Shown: positions 49,013-61,508 of the stretch, piece by piece | How the letters are laid out: the number at the start of each line of letters is the position of its first letter | Numbering within the stretch: the first letter of the stretch is position 1 | Source of the DNA: Lepidodermella squamata | Taxonomy: Eukaryota > Animalia > Gastrotricha | DNA length: 64,000 nt | Reading direction: 5' to 3' | NCBI GenBank assembly: GCA_047495785.1 | Contig: JBLDXI010000019.1 | Span: 2,046,001 to 2,110,000 of the forward strand | Position numbers and translations under genes: made by a program | The notes under the pieces: model-generated | What the model saw: the letters and a program-made list of their open reading frames with translations, nothing else | The model's database searches: none | What the model was told of the DNA's origin: nothing

Positions 49013-52000
49013 ACATGAACGTGCACATGATCGAAAATTCGGCTTCGTTGCCAACTTTTATTACCTTTTCAAAAGTTTGGTCGAACGTCCAGCCGGGCTT
49101 GCCGGCGTTTCGAATTATTGCATCTCGCATGTATTTAATATGGTCAGTTTTCACGATTACAGGAAAATACGACATACAGTTGAACGGCTCTGTGAAAAAT
49201 ATAACAAATTAAAAAAATGCGGAGAAATTGAACACAACTCGTCAGACATAACAGAGGTGATCAGCGGTGATAAAACAAAGCATCTTTTAGCGAAACCAAT
49301 ATTCAATTTGGTAGTCAACTTAGAATTTGTAATTTTCGAACAATTTCATAAATTAATTATGTAGAGCAAGAATGCAAGCACGATTACTGAAGATTTTCCA
49401 CTTTGCTGCCATGCTCTCTACATCGCGGCTGAGTAAGGCCATTGGCCGATCATGTCAAATGACTTGAGCTAGAGGTGACATTTCGCCAGCAGCTTTTCAA
49501 AATTAATGGTAATTTTAATGAACTTTGGCAAAACGGAAAAAATTACCGAAATTTTTTATAATGTAGGGGTTTATCATATAGGGTATAGGGTATATATTTT
49601 TCTTCCTGTTTCATGGTCTAAATAAATTTCCACCGTCTTCTAACAATTTTCCAGCTTTAATACAAAAGGTTACGCACACAGGTTGCGCACAGCAAAAGTT
49701 ACGCACGCGCGGTTGCGCTCTTGAGGTTGCGCTTACGGGAATTGACCCACTGGTCATTCAAGTAAGTATTCCTTATTATTTTTAATTTCTTAATAAATGG
49801 CGTAATATCTACCTAACATTTCTCTTAATAATCCACGCAAGTTTTAAAATTCATGTAAAATTGATTAACTAATTAAGCAACAAAATTCAGAGGACTATTT
49901 TCGACGCTGTCTTTATGATCAAATCGACTCTGCCCTCTACCGATAAAGTCAGCTTTATCCAATAAATTCGACATTAGCAAGGTTTCCTCTGGCTTTGACC
50001 TCACCACGCAGTTCACCATCTTGGGGTCGACTTAAAAGATAATTATTGAGTAAAGCTGACTTCACCTGGCACTAAACTAGGCGCCATTTTAAGATTTCCC
50101 ATCATTAGCCGTGACCTCATTTTAGCCAGCCTCTTTTATTGCTATGATTATTATTTTTACAAATAGGTCAACACTTATTTTTGAGGTCAAAACATCTGAT
50201 TTCGGACAAAAATCGATCCTTTAATCTCTCCGCCGAGACGTCGCCAACCTTCGAATGGTAGAAGCTCTGTCAGCTCAACGCCGCTACCGCGAAGCCTGGG
50301 AGCGACTCAACCGTCTCGACAAGCAGCGCTCGACTGGTCCTATGAAGCTTGATGATGGTCGCGTCTTAGAGCCGTCCGTCGAGCTCGCTGATGTCCTTCT
50401 CGATCAGTTTGTGAAGCCCATGACGCCATTCACCGACCCTGCTGCCGACGCCTATCTGAAGCAACAGTGGGCTGACATCGAACAGTTCGTCGCCTCGGAT
50501 CCCGACCTGCAACGCACTGACCGCCTTCAGCTTCCAGCCCCGGGCGAGTTCTCCGTCATTCAGCGCATGGTTGCCGATGCTGTGTCACGCCTCAAGCCGT
50601 TCAAGGCTCCCGGGTTGGATGGTATCAGTCCAATCTTCTACCAGTGGGGTGGACCGGTGCTGCAGCGCCACCTCCGGCACATGTTCAACCTGAGCCTCGG
50701 ATCGCGCTTCGTACTGCCCGAATGGAAGGAAGCTGCTGTGATACCCATGCCGAAAGCTGGCAAGCCGTTAGGAGCTGTCTCATCCCAGCGGCCGATCTCG
50801 TTGTTACCCGTCGACGGCAAGCTGTTGGAGTCCATCGTGGCGCGTTGGTTGGGCGAGTTTTTGGAAAGCCTCTACGCCCTGCCCGACAACCAGTATGCGT
50901 TCCGCGCGCACCACTCTGCACCCGATGTCCCTTTACGCGTCGCCCACACTGTTCACCTTGCCCGTTCTCGACACCGAAAAGTGATCGCTGTTGGTCTGGA
51001 CGTCCAGGCGGCTTACGATTCCGTGTGGAGTGCTGGCCTGGCGTTCAAGCTTGCTAAACTGTCGCTTCCTCGAAACCTCGTTGGGTGGCTGACCGATTTC
51101 CTTCGCGATCGCAACTTGCAGGCTCGTGTTGCAGGCTTCCTTAGTCGACAAGTTACCGTCAACTGCGGCGTACCGCCAGGCTCGCCGCTGTCGCCGCTGC
51201 TCTATATCGTTTACACTTCCGATCTGCTGAACGCGCCGGCTGCCCCGGGGTGTTATCTCGATGCCTATGCTGATGACCTAACTGTTGTCGGTGAAGGGGT
51301 GGATTTTCCAGAAGCTGAGCGTGCTACCCAGAATGAGATCGACCGGATATCAGCGTGGGCCCACGAGTGGCGGCAAATGCCTCCAAGAGTGAAGTGATGC
51401 CATTCGCGTGGCGCAGCTACGATGCCCGACTAACACTCGATGGCTCGGCTATCCTGCAAGTCCCAGTCCTGCGCAGTCTTGGTGTCCATCTTGATGCTAA
51501 GTTGACCTGGAAGGCACACATGGACCGCGTGATCACCCGCCGCTGCACTCGCAATTTATCGCACTTTCGCAGTGTCTGTCGAGCCCCTGGCCTTTCTCGC
51601 CGGTGGCGCCGAACCGCGTATCTAGGTCTCGTTCGAACCACGTCAACGTATGGTAACATCGTTTTCTGCACTGCACCCAAGCCGCAATTCAAGCGCCTTG
51701 ATGTCCTTCAGAACGATTGCCTTCGGGCTCTACTGAACGTCCGCTGCGATGACCACGTCAGGGTCTCGGGGCTCGAACGTCGCGCTGTCCCCAGTCTCCC
51801 GTGTTTCTTTGAACAGACGCAGCGCCGTTACGCCGACAACGCCGTCCGCTTCGTCCTCCCGATCCGCGAAGCTGTCGAGCAACTACGTCTCTCTGCGAAC
51901 CCGGTGCCCCTGTCTCCGCTGGCCCTGATCGCCAGCAGGCTTCCTCGGGGTCCTCTGCCCACCTTCGGTGTGTGATCTTTCGGTGTCTCTTCCGTCTTTC

Positions 52001-53128
52001 TATAACCCTGGTTCCTCTTCTCCTTTCTTTTCTCGTTCTTCCTGCTGCACTCCTCTGTTCTGATTAACCCATTCCATGTAATCTTCTGTATACGATAAAT
52101 ATTCCTTTAGCTCGCCCACTAGCGTCCTCAGCGCACTGCCGCAGGCAAGCGCATGTCGTCTCGCAACCGCGTGCCATCTATGTCACTTTGTATATATTGT
52201 TCGAAAGAAGGGAATTTATTATGTTATATTGTTCTTTTATATTTTTGTGACTGATGGACAAATAAATTTGAATTTAGAATTTAGAATTTAATCGGCCATC
52301 ATAGTTTATGTTTGCAAGTTAAGCCGACTTTTGTTCGAAAATCATACCGGTTAAGTCTACTTTATTTCCAGGCGATAAAGTCGACATTACGGGATAAATT
52401 CAACTTTACCGACAAAGACGTTTTCGAAAACCACCCTGATTGTTAAGAATTTTACCTTTGTAACCCGTCAATGCATAAGTCGTATTCGGCGCTCGCCCCC
52501 ACCAATCCGGACCTTCCGGATTCGGACGAATGAAATTTCAACCCATGCAGTAAATATCGTGCAAAATTACCTTTGTAACCCGTCAATTGATAAGTTGTAT
52601 TCGGCGCTCGTCCCCACCAGTCCGGACCTTCCGGATTCGGCGGGCCAAACATCGGCCGCACAACAGGTTTGCCATCGACGAACACATCGTTGAGGCCGAC
52701 CCTCGAAATGAAAGCCGCATTCGGGTCCGTAAAGCCGACGTACTCGGCGTCTGTAAAATTATCCGCCCAAAATTTCAACCTAGGAGGAAATAAAATAATG
52801 GATAATGGTAAATTTACCGGAATTATACACCAAAATGAGTTTACCATTGCGACTTGTGCCATCCATTGCAAGGAAAGACACGTTTCGGGAAGAAATTCCT
52901 TGGATGAATATTGAGTATGTCTCGGCTGATTTGTTCAACTTTCGCGCCGAAATTTTCAGCTTTTATCTTATTTTCTCCATCAGCTAAAATCACAAGTTTC
53001 AGGTGATTCAGAACTTCCACGGGAAATGTTAAGCTAGTATTGGATTTCAGGACCGCTTGCTGATAGACGAATAAACCTAACAAGGCGAGGCCGATGGTGG
53101 CTAATAAATTCAAACGTGGCCGAAGCAT
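49013..53128 (-). pseudogene. Uncharacterised GT-A-like paralog X2 (exons 53128-52845, 52779-52571, 49189-49013 truncated)
   Basis: ~45-codon in-frame deletion in exon 1 relative to X3; LINE in intron 2; last exon breaks off after IMCTFM. Confidence 0.75.
50227..52286 (+). mobile_element. 5'-truncated non-LTR retrotransposon (RT ORF, frameshift near 51375)
   Basis: KAPGLDGI, RPISLLP, NQYAFR, LDVQAAYDSV, GVPPGSPLSP (Q>P) and YADD; AATAAA plus a (TTTAGAA)n tail; candidate TSD tttaatc at 50220-50226 and 52287-52293. Confidence 0.92.
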
Positions 53129-54049
53129 TTTCTGTATAAAAATCTGGAATAAAAACAGAATATCTTTTAGCAGAACCAAATTTGCTATGTAGCTGAGCCA
53201 AAGTCGAAATATGCTAGAGTAATTTTTCTAATAATTCTACGAATTTTAGGCTAAGCATGAGTTCTAAATTAATTTTATGTCTTATAGAGAATGTTACGCT
53301 GAATTTACTGGTGATTTTGTAGAATTATTGTGGCCAAGCTTGACCCGCAAGAAATATCCGAAAAGCGATTTCAGGCCACTAGAAAATTCCAAAATGTGGT
53401 TCCGCTAAAAGGAGGACCCAAAAGAAAATATTTTGTTATTCAAATTAATTAAATTTGATATTCAATGAATCCAAAACTGGGAAATAAGGTCGCGAATATT
53501 AATATACAAGTAGCTTCATTAAATTAGTAGCCGATAAATTATTAGAGATTTAAGCAAAATACAATCAAATTCCGAGCATTAAAAATAGTAGCATCGATGA
53601 CATTTCAAACATATATGCAATCTCGATCTAGCGAGATTCTCAATGTTGGAAAATTAAGTTGATCTCGAAAAGTCGTTTTCCAGGGCACTTTTTTCCGCGC
53701 GCATGACGAAATTAGAACAGAAAATGACACCTTTACTGAATGCAATGTACAATAATCACTCATCAGTATCTGGGCCAAGCCTTCGAAACGTGGTTGAAAT
53801 TTCGCGTACGTCGTTGCATCATATTCTAACGCATTATATGCACAGTATATGCCTCATATAGATATATCGTAGACAGATGAGCAAAAAATAGCGGTTTTGC
53901 CCAAAAAGTTACATTTTTAGCGAATGTCTTAAAATCTAGATCTTAACGCATTTTTTAAGTTGAATTTCTAGTTTGTTAGATAGATACATAGATTTGTTTA
54001 CAACTACTTGGGCTGATTCATTGATTCAACAGCCGCGAATTGTTTTTCA

Positions 54050-56420
54050 ATGATCTGTCGTAGAAGATTGCCTCTCCCGAAGGCAGTGCGATGCCTTCTC
54101 ATATTATTATTTTTGTCACCCCTGCTAATTCTTTATTTTCTCCATTTTTCGACGGGCGAATATTCGACATGGCAATGGTTTAAATCAACTGGAAACCAGA
54201 CGCCAATTTCATTTTCTGATGATAATTTAACTCCGAGGCAACTCCAAGCCATCTCCCTGGCTGATTCAATCAAGAAAAATTATTTCGCAAAAATGGCTGC
54301 GAAAATGAGATCAGAGCCAATGGGTAATATTCAGTTTTCTACCTCATTCTGCCAGCCTTCGGCATTTTCAACGAATACTACGTGTTATGACTTCATGTAT
54401 TCGGCAATTTCGGGCGAGAAAAAGTGCCACTTCCGGGAACATCACCCGTGCTGCGGCCTGGGCGACCGGCTGCGAGGCTCAGTTATCGCTTTTTACCTCG
54501 CAATTGGCACAAATCGCGTGCTCAATTTCGACTGGAAGAAACCGGGCGATATTGCCGATTATTTTGAAGTAAACGAACATTTTTACAAGGCGGAGTTGCC
54601 GTATAATTTCAATGAAACTTACAATCCTGAGACTACAAAAATTGTATCACATCGCTGTGAGTTAGACGGCAAGCTGTACGGCGAATTTATGGCTCGACAG
54701 ACGTTGTTAAATGAGACGTCTCGCTTCAAATATTTGAAGCTATTTTCTAATCGCCACGCTGGGCTGGACTCAATTTTGCGGAACTTTGCGTTTACGGAGA
54801 ACTTCGAAGCATCTGCGCCTGGCCTGCTCGAGTATAACTACGACTTTAACATTGCGATTTCAGCAGCTTTGAGGCTCATTTTCGAGAGGCCCAATGCCAA
54901 GATGAGAAATTTGTTTGATGAAGCCATTTCTGCTACGGTCGGGCTGGATTTCTGGCATCAGTCGTTCAAGATAGCAATTCAACATCGAAGCTATGGGAAG
55001 TCGAAATTTGATTAAATTCAATTGTTAATATTTAGTAAAAATATACAGAAATAAATTTAATTTATAAAAAATATTCAATTCGTAAGAATGTTCGAAAAAT
55101 TCAAAATTTTTAACGAGAAGTCTTTTATTAGGAAAAATAACGGGTAAGATTTCCGAGCAGGCCCCTTTTTAATATTTCCACCACTAATAATGAGGTTACA
55201 GCACTAAATTTATTAGTCCTGGCACCGAATTTTATTGATTTTTTGCGATTTCGGCGTTTTCGTTATTGAACGATACTGATGCCTTTCCTGATCCCAGAAT
55301 TTTTTTTAGCTAATTGGTGCCCTATAAGCTACGTAGAAAAAATATCGATGCTGGGTTCTAAGACGATATCGGGAAAATCACTGATTTGTAAAATCTATAC
55401 TTGGAATCGATATTTGCTCAATAGGATTGAGTATGATTCGTAAACTGACCGCTAATAGCGCAAAATATGTGTAATATGAATCTATTAATTGGTTAGGCAT
55501 GATAACAACAAAAATTGAAATTTTAGTGAAGATTAGCAATTCGAAAAATTTTAGGGGAAATCTAGCGCACATTTTTTGCTGGAACCCTAAATTTGGGGCA
55601 CCCAATTTTCATCATCGGATTTTCGCCAAAGGAGTAATAAATGAATAAATAATTAGTTAAATATCTAGTAAATTCAAATAATAAATTCAAATAAAATTGA
55701 TAAATATATTGATTTAGCGCAATTGGCGTTTGCGCAAATGTCGCTGGCGTAAATGGCATGTGCTCTCTCGAAGTTCAGAATTTACGGTCATTTTTTAATA
55801 ATCCAAATCGCTCTCAGATCTCTCACAAAATCCGCGATTTCGATCAACGAATTAGAGAAAAATAAATTCAAAGTCGGGTATCGCTCCGGGTATTCTTCAA
55901 TTAATTTGTGCATTCTTCTCTTATAGGGATCGATAACATGTATCAGTACTATAGTGGCGACGTTCGTTGTCAAGCCGAAGAAGCTATAAAGCTCCTGAAC
56001 ACTGCAAATATCACAAATAGTAAAAGCGTTGCAATTTTTCTGACAACCGATACGAATCAGGCTTCTGATGATTTTAAGCGGTTTTTAGCTGAAGAAATCG
56101 CAAAATCTCCGCGAACAATCAAAATTTTCATGACCGATGGCATCCGCAACATGACGATTCAGCATGTCGATAGGATAAATGGCGTGGATGACGAAGCTGT
56201 TTGGATGGGCGGGGCGAAAACGTACCTCGACTGGCTGCTGTTGGCGAAAATGGACCGGCTGGTGATAACGCGAAGCGGGTTCGGCGAGTCGGCTGCTCAT
56301 CTTTCGCTGGCTCCAACTCGACGGCTCATATCTCGCAATGGAGTGCCATGCATATTCGATGATCACACTGGCAGGACTTTGCTGGATACAACTATGGGTC
56401 CTGAGGACGATTTATATTGA
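54050..56420 (+). CDS. Fucosyltransferase-like protein D, exons 54050-54995 and 55927-56420; donor reads GG instead of GT
   Basis: Close paralog of FucT-B; both exon frames are open; the donor site is non-canonical. Confidence 0.7.
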
Positions 56421-56834
56421 AATTTTTTCGCTTTGAGGTGATGATTAGATATTATCATCGTAATTGTACATAATATTATACATCATAGTATTATAAATTT
56501 ATTTTCTGAATGTCTGCTATTGAAGTAAAATATCGTTTTCACAGCTATTCACTGATTTATTATTGCAAAAATCACTGCTTTGTAAAATCGATAACTGGAA
56601 TCGATATCGGCCGAGGCGACTGAAATATAACTGACCGCTCATAGCGCAAAGTACATAGAGCGATTTATGAAAAATTGACAAGTCCAACGCGATAAAGACT
56701 CATTTTGAGGGGGTCCCTATATCGGCATTGGGGAAAAGTCGGCGAAAACAAAAAATATCATCCATGTCCATTAATTTATTTCCAGTGATTGCATGCGTTT
56801 CAATCAAATTCTACTCATTCTAAAAAAGTTCTAT

Positions 56835-58575
56835 TCATTGAATTTCAAGCAATTTCAATCTATCCAGCCTCCACGTGTGGGGACATTTGTCGTTAATCGC
56901 CAGTCGCTTGCGGTGCGACTCAATCGCCCCTGGCTGATAGCCAAGGTCGACTTTTTCGAACAGGTACTCATGCGGGTTGATCGAGGCGTAGCGATTCGGA
57001 AAATTGGCGCAATAAATCGGCCTCGCCTCCGAGTCCGTCATCGAGAAACAAACACCCTGCCGAACAGCCCGCCACCAAGTCGTCGCATTTTTGCTGTTAT
57101 TGTAATGCGAGTAATGAATAGCAACTTTGGGCGCGACTCGGATGAAACTGGGCGGCACCCCGGCTTCGGCCAGCGTCCTCGCCTGGCCGTCGTAGTTGCT
57201 CACCCAACCCGGCTGCGATTCGCTGATTATCCAGTGGTAGTCGTCTTGAAATTTGTTCCACATGAACGTGCACATGATCGAGAATTCAGCTTCGTTGCCA
57301 ACTTTTACTACCTGCTCGAAGGTTTGATCGAACGTCCAGCCGGGCTTGCCGGCGTTTCGAATTATTGCATCTCGCATGTATTTAATATGGTCAGTTTTCA
57401 CGATAACAGGAAAATACGACATACAGTTGAAAGGTTCTGAATAAATACAAAAAGAAAAGAAAATGCGGAGAAATTTGCTTTCAATTCAGGTACTATTAAT
57501 ACCTATTAATTTTGGATAAATTAGGAAGCTGCGAGCTTGGAAAATGTCGAATTTAAAATTTCCGAGAAAAATATGTGAAGATATAACGAAAACTTCATTT
57601 GTAAAAGGTCCCACGGAAATATTTTACCGATACTTTTCAAGCCAGAAATCCATTTAAACCGGGTTTTTTTTATTTGATTTCCCAATTTCCGCAGCAAAAC
57701 ATTACTGGGCTAAAACTAATACTTATATTTTAATACATTTTAATTTTAATTTTTCAATGTTGCTATAAATAAGGAAAACTGCGCCCCAAAAGTTGAATAA
57801 TTTCGACCAAAATAATTGTTATATTTTTTTTTAAGAATTCAAATTGATCGACGAATGAAATTTCAACCCATGCAGTAAATATCGTGCAAAATTACCTTTG
57901 TAACCCGTCAATTGATAGGTTGTATTCGGCGCTCGTCCCCACCAGTCCGGACCTTCCGGATTCGGCGGGCCAAACATCGGCCGCACAACAGGTTTGCCAT
58001 CGACGAACACGTCATTGAGACCGACCCTCGAAATGAAGGCCGCATTCGTGTCCGTAAAGCCAACATACTCGGCATCTGTAAAATTATCCGCCCAAAATTT
58101 CAACCTGAGATGGGTTAAAAATGGTAAATTTATCGATTTTACAAGCAAAATGAGCTTACCATTGCGACTTGTGCCATCCATTGCACGGGAAGACGCGTTT
58201 CGGGTAGAAAATACTGACATCAGTGTCGAGTACATCTCGGCTGATTTTTTTCACTTTCGCGCTGAATTTGTCAGCTTTTTTCTTATTCTCGCCATCAGCT
58301 AAAATAACAAGTTTCAGGTGATCAGCCGGCCAGAATAAAGCCAGCGTATAAGCGAGCCAGTTTTTGTACTCGTAAATTCGATGGTCATCGACGGCCGACG
58401 TCACCATGAGTTCGATATCGGGCCATTTTTCATCGCAAGAACCGCGCTCCGGTTTTAGAAAGTCCACGGGAAATGTTAAGCTGGTATTGGATTTCAGGAC
58501 GGCTTGTTGAAAGAAAAATAATGCTAACGAGGTGAGGGCCAAGGCGGCTAATAAATTTAAACGTAGTCGAAGCAT
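56835..58575 (-). CDS. Uncharacterised type II membrane protein X3, putative GT-A-fold glycosyltransferase; exons 58575-58160, 58104-57896, 57436-56835; ~408 aa
   Basis: Intact in-frame GT-AG structure and N-terminal TM segment. SQWLKFWADNFTDAEYVGFTDTN...DVFVDGKPVV and MSYFPVIV resemble DUF6492-like proteins (recalled similarity); function is inferred. Confidence 0.7.
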
Positions 58576-59383
58576 AATCTGCAGAAAATTCAGAAAAAGG
58601 CTATTCAATTGTAATTTAATGAAGCAAAAAATTTGGAAAATAAGGTCGCGAATTGTCCATATTTTTTTTATTAAAATTGAGTAGATAAATTATTGGAAAT
58701 TCAAGCAAAGTACAGAAAATGGTGCCAAATTTTCTACGCAAATATTAGGGCCGTCTCATTATTTTTTGAATAATTCCGAATAATTATAAACGCTTGAGAT
58801 TGGAGTTTTGTGGCAGTGAAACATGCTGTTTCGTTTTCGCTATAGTTAAGCTTATCGATACTAATTTTTTAATGAATTATTCAAAAATCTGACCCAAGGT
58901 CATAAATCCTGAAAAAATACTCATAAACAAGATCGCTCTGAAATTAAAAGTCAAAAATTCATTCATTTTTTACGTGAATACTACTGCGAAAAAATCGGCA
59001 CGTTCCACAAATCTCACGTCAGTTATTTTTTTTTCAAAATTCAATCTTTATTAAAAAAATTTCATCATATCGCCCATATCACTGGCCCCTTTGAAAAATG
59101 AAATTGATACGGGCCATTTTTTAAGCGGAATCAAATTTCGAATATCGGGCCGAAAATTGCCCTTTACACAATTATCTAAAATCTACAATTCAGATTTTCT
59201 GAAATTTTCTGAATTTTCTGGATAACTGTTAAATGACAGTAAATTTCTGCATAATTTACAGTCAAAGGCCTTGAGTACGCGATTTAAACCATGCCAATTC
59301 CAAGCTATTTCAGTTTGACGCCGAAATTTTTCTCTATTCTCAAGCTGTAATTCTTCGAAAATATTTTTTAAAATAGATTCATC

Positions 59384-60382
59384 ATGCATTATCGGAAAGA
59401 TAAAAAGTGGCTATCGGCAATTTTGTTCGTCACTTTCGGAGGCGTTCTTTACCTTTACTATGATCATTCGAATTCAGATGCATCGACTTCTTTCTCTTAT
59501 TCAGCTATAACGAGTGAATTCGACTTGTTGGACGCTAAATTGTTGGCAATATCCTCACAGAAATCCAGCGCAATTCCTCGAATTCTTCACCAAACATGGA
59601 AAACATCGCAACCCGGCCCTAAATACGCGAAATACCGCCAGAATTGGTTGGACCTCCACAAAAATTGGACGCATCACTTGTGGACAGATGACGAAAATCG
59701 AGCCCTGGTTTCGAAGCACTACCCGTGGTTTCTAGCGACTTACGACTCGTTCGCAATCGGCGTCATGCGATCCGACGTCATTCGATACATGCTGATGCAC
59801 CGCTACGGCGGCATGTACGCCGATTTGGACGTTGAACCGCTGCGAAATCTCGATTTTCTATTCGATAACATCACCCAGCCCGTTGCCCTAGCATACCTAG
59901 GGTGCAGTTCAAGTCGCCACAACATCCCGCCCGCGTGGCTAATGTCCCGACCTGGCCATCACCTGTGGCTTCTCGCTATGATGCGGGCTCAGGATGCGAC
60001 GATGAAATATAAGGGAAATGTCAGGCCTGAGTACATAACAGGCCCTGTTACGTTGTATAAAGCCGTTGAAAGTTACATTGGACTGAAAAGCGAAACAACT
60101 GGCAAGCGGATTGACGCTCGTCCGCAGAACTGTTCGACTATCATCGGCGACTTGCGAGTTCTTGAGCCTGGCCTGATTTACCCGTATCACTGGAAGATGG
60201 CTAAAACGCCTATCGGCAGGGTTTGCAGTGGCGAGTCGAAGCAACAGGACGAAGTGGCTTGTAAAAAATTCTTCCCTAATGCCTTAACCATTCAATACAG
60301 CGGCAATTCTTGGAAGGACGACTGGAAAGGCTTTTTGGCCAATGCCAATGTCACAGAAGGTTGGAGCGAAGAGTCCTCATAA
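59384..60382 (+). CDS. Intronless GT32 glycosyltransferase (OCH1/SUR1-MIPC synthase-like, DxD)
   Basis: N-terminal TM segment; IPRILHQTWK, LWTDDE, RSDVIRYMLMHRYGGMYADLD and TGP. Confidence 0.9.
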   Translation: MHYRKDKKWLSAILFVTFGGVLYLYYDHSNSDASTSFSYSAITSEFDLLDAKLLAISSQKSSAIPRILHQTWKTSQPGPKYAKYRQNWLDLHKNWTHHLWTDDENRALVSKHYPWFLATYDSFAIGVMRSDVIRYMLMHRYGGMYADLDVEPLRNLDFLFDNITQPVALAYLGCSSSRHNIPPAWLMSRPGHHLWLLAMMRAQDATMKYKGNVRPEYITGPVTLYKAVESYIGLKSETTGKRIDARPQNCSTIIGDLRVLEPGLIYPYHWKMAKTPIGRVCSGESKQQDEVACKKFFPNALTIQYSGNSWKDDWKGFLANANVTEGWSEESS

Positions 60383-61508
60383 ATCTCACTACCTTGAGCT
60401 GTAATTCGATTGACAATAAAAACGCTCATAAATATTTTTCCGGGTTTTTATTCTCAAGATGAGCGTTTGGATTGAAACATGTTTTCCGAAGGCTGGAAGG
60501 GAACCTTTGGAACCAAGAATGGGCAGGGTATGATTCCAATTGTTCAAATTTTGGGGATTTTTCGATTCTTACTTCAATACTAAAATTGAGTGTCTTGGCA
60601 CTAAATTTTCCAATTTTTTTGTGATTTCGGGTTTTTCTTTCTTTTTTTCTTTTGGAATTAGCATTCTTTTTTCTTTTTCCCATCGATATTGAAGCCCCTG
60701 GGATTTTTTATTTAGCTAACAGGTATCATCAGATAGGTAGACAAAATTCATTTCAGGCTTCCTAGACTGATGTTATCGAAAAAATCACCGATTTATATAT
60801 TCGATACTTGAAATCGATATCGGGTCTACAGGCTGAAGTACACGTCGGAAACTGACCGCAAATGTGCATAATAAAAAGATATTTATAAATATGATAATAA
60901 AAATTGGGTCCTCCTTTTACCGGAACCAAATTTACGGCGAGCGGAAATTTCTAATTCTAATTTTGGAATTTTCTAATCGCCTGAAATCCCTTTTTGCATA
61001 TTTCTCGCGGTTCAAGATTGAGCACAATAATTCTGAAAAAATCACCAGTAATTTCAGCGTACCATTCTCTATAAGACAGAGTGTTCGATTCAGAACTAAT
61101 GCTTCGCCTACTATTCTCAGAATTATTCAAAAAAGGAATCTTTGAATATTCCAAGTTTTGTTCCGCTGCAGCAAATTAGGTTCCGCTCACCGTAAATTTG
61201 GTTCCAGTAAAAGATATTCCGATAAAAATGCACGGCTTATACGGATAGATGAAGGACGTGAAACTCGAAACGCAATATTTCAGGGATATCCAAAGCTGGT
61301 TTCAAATTTTGTGCTAGAACCCTAAATTCTGGCCGAGCACACCTAATTTTATTTTTCATGAGATTGCACATCCAATTTTTTTCAAGTTGACATCAATTTG
61401 TAATTTGAATTTAAAACATGGCAATTTTCATCGCTTTTATTTTTATCAATTGACTTGGAAAAAATTACATGTTTGTAAAAATAAATTATTTCTCTTAATT
61501 ATTATTAA

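Noticed and set aside
50255-51975. Active LINE or novel RT system
   Set aside because: 5'-truncated, no endonuclease domain, frameshifted and with a PQG>PPG substitution: an ordinary dead copy.
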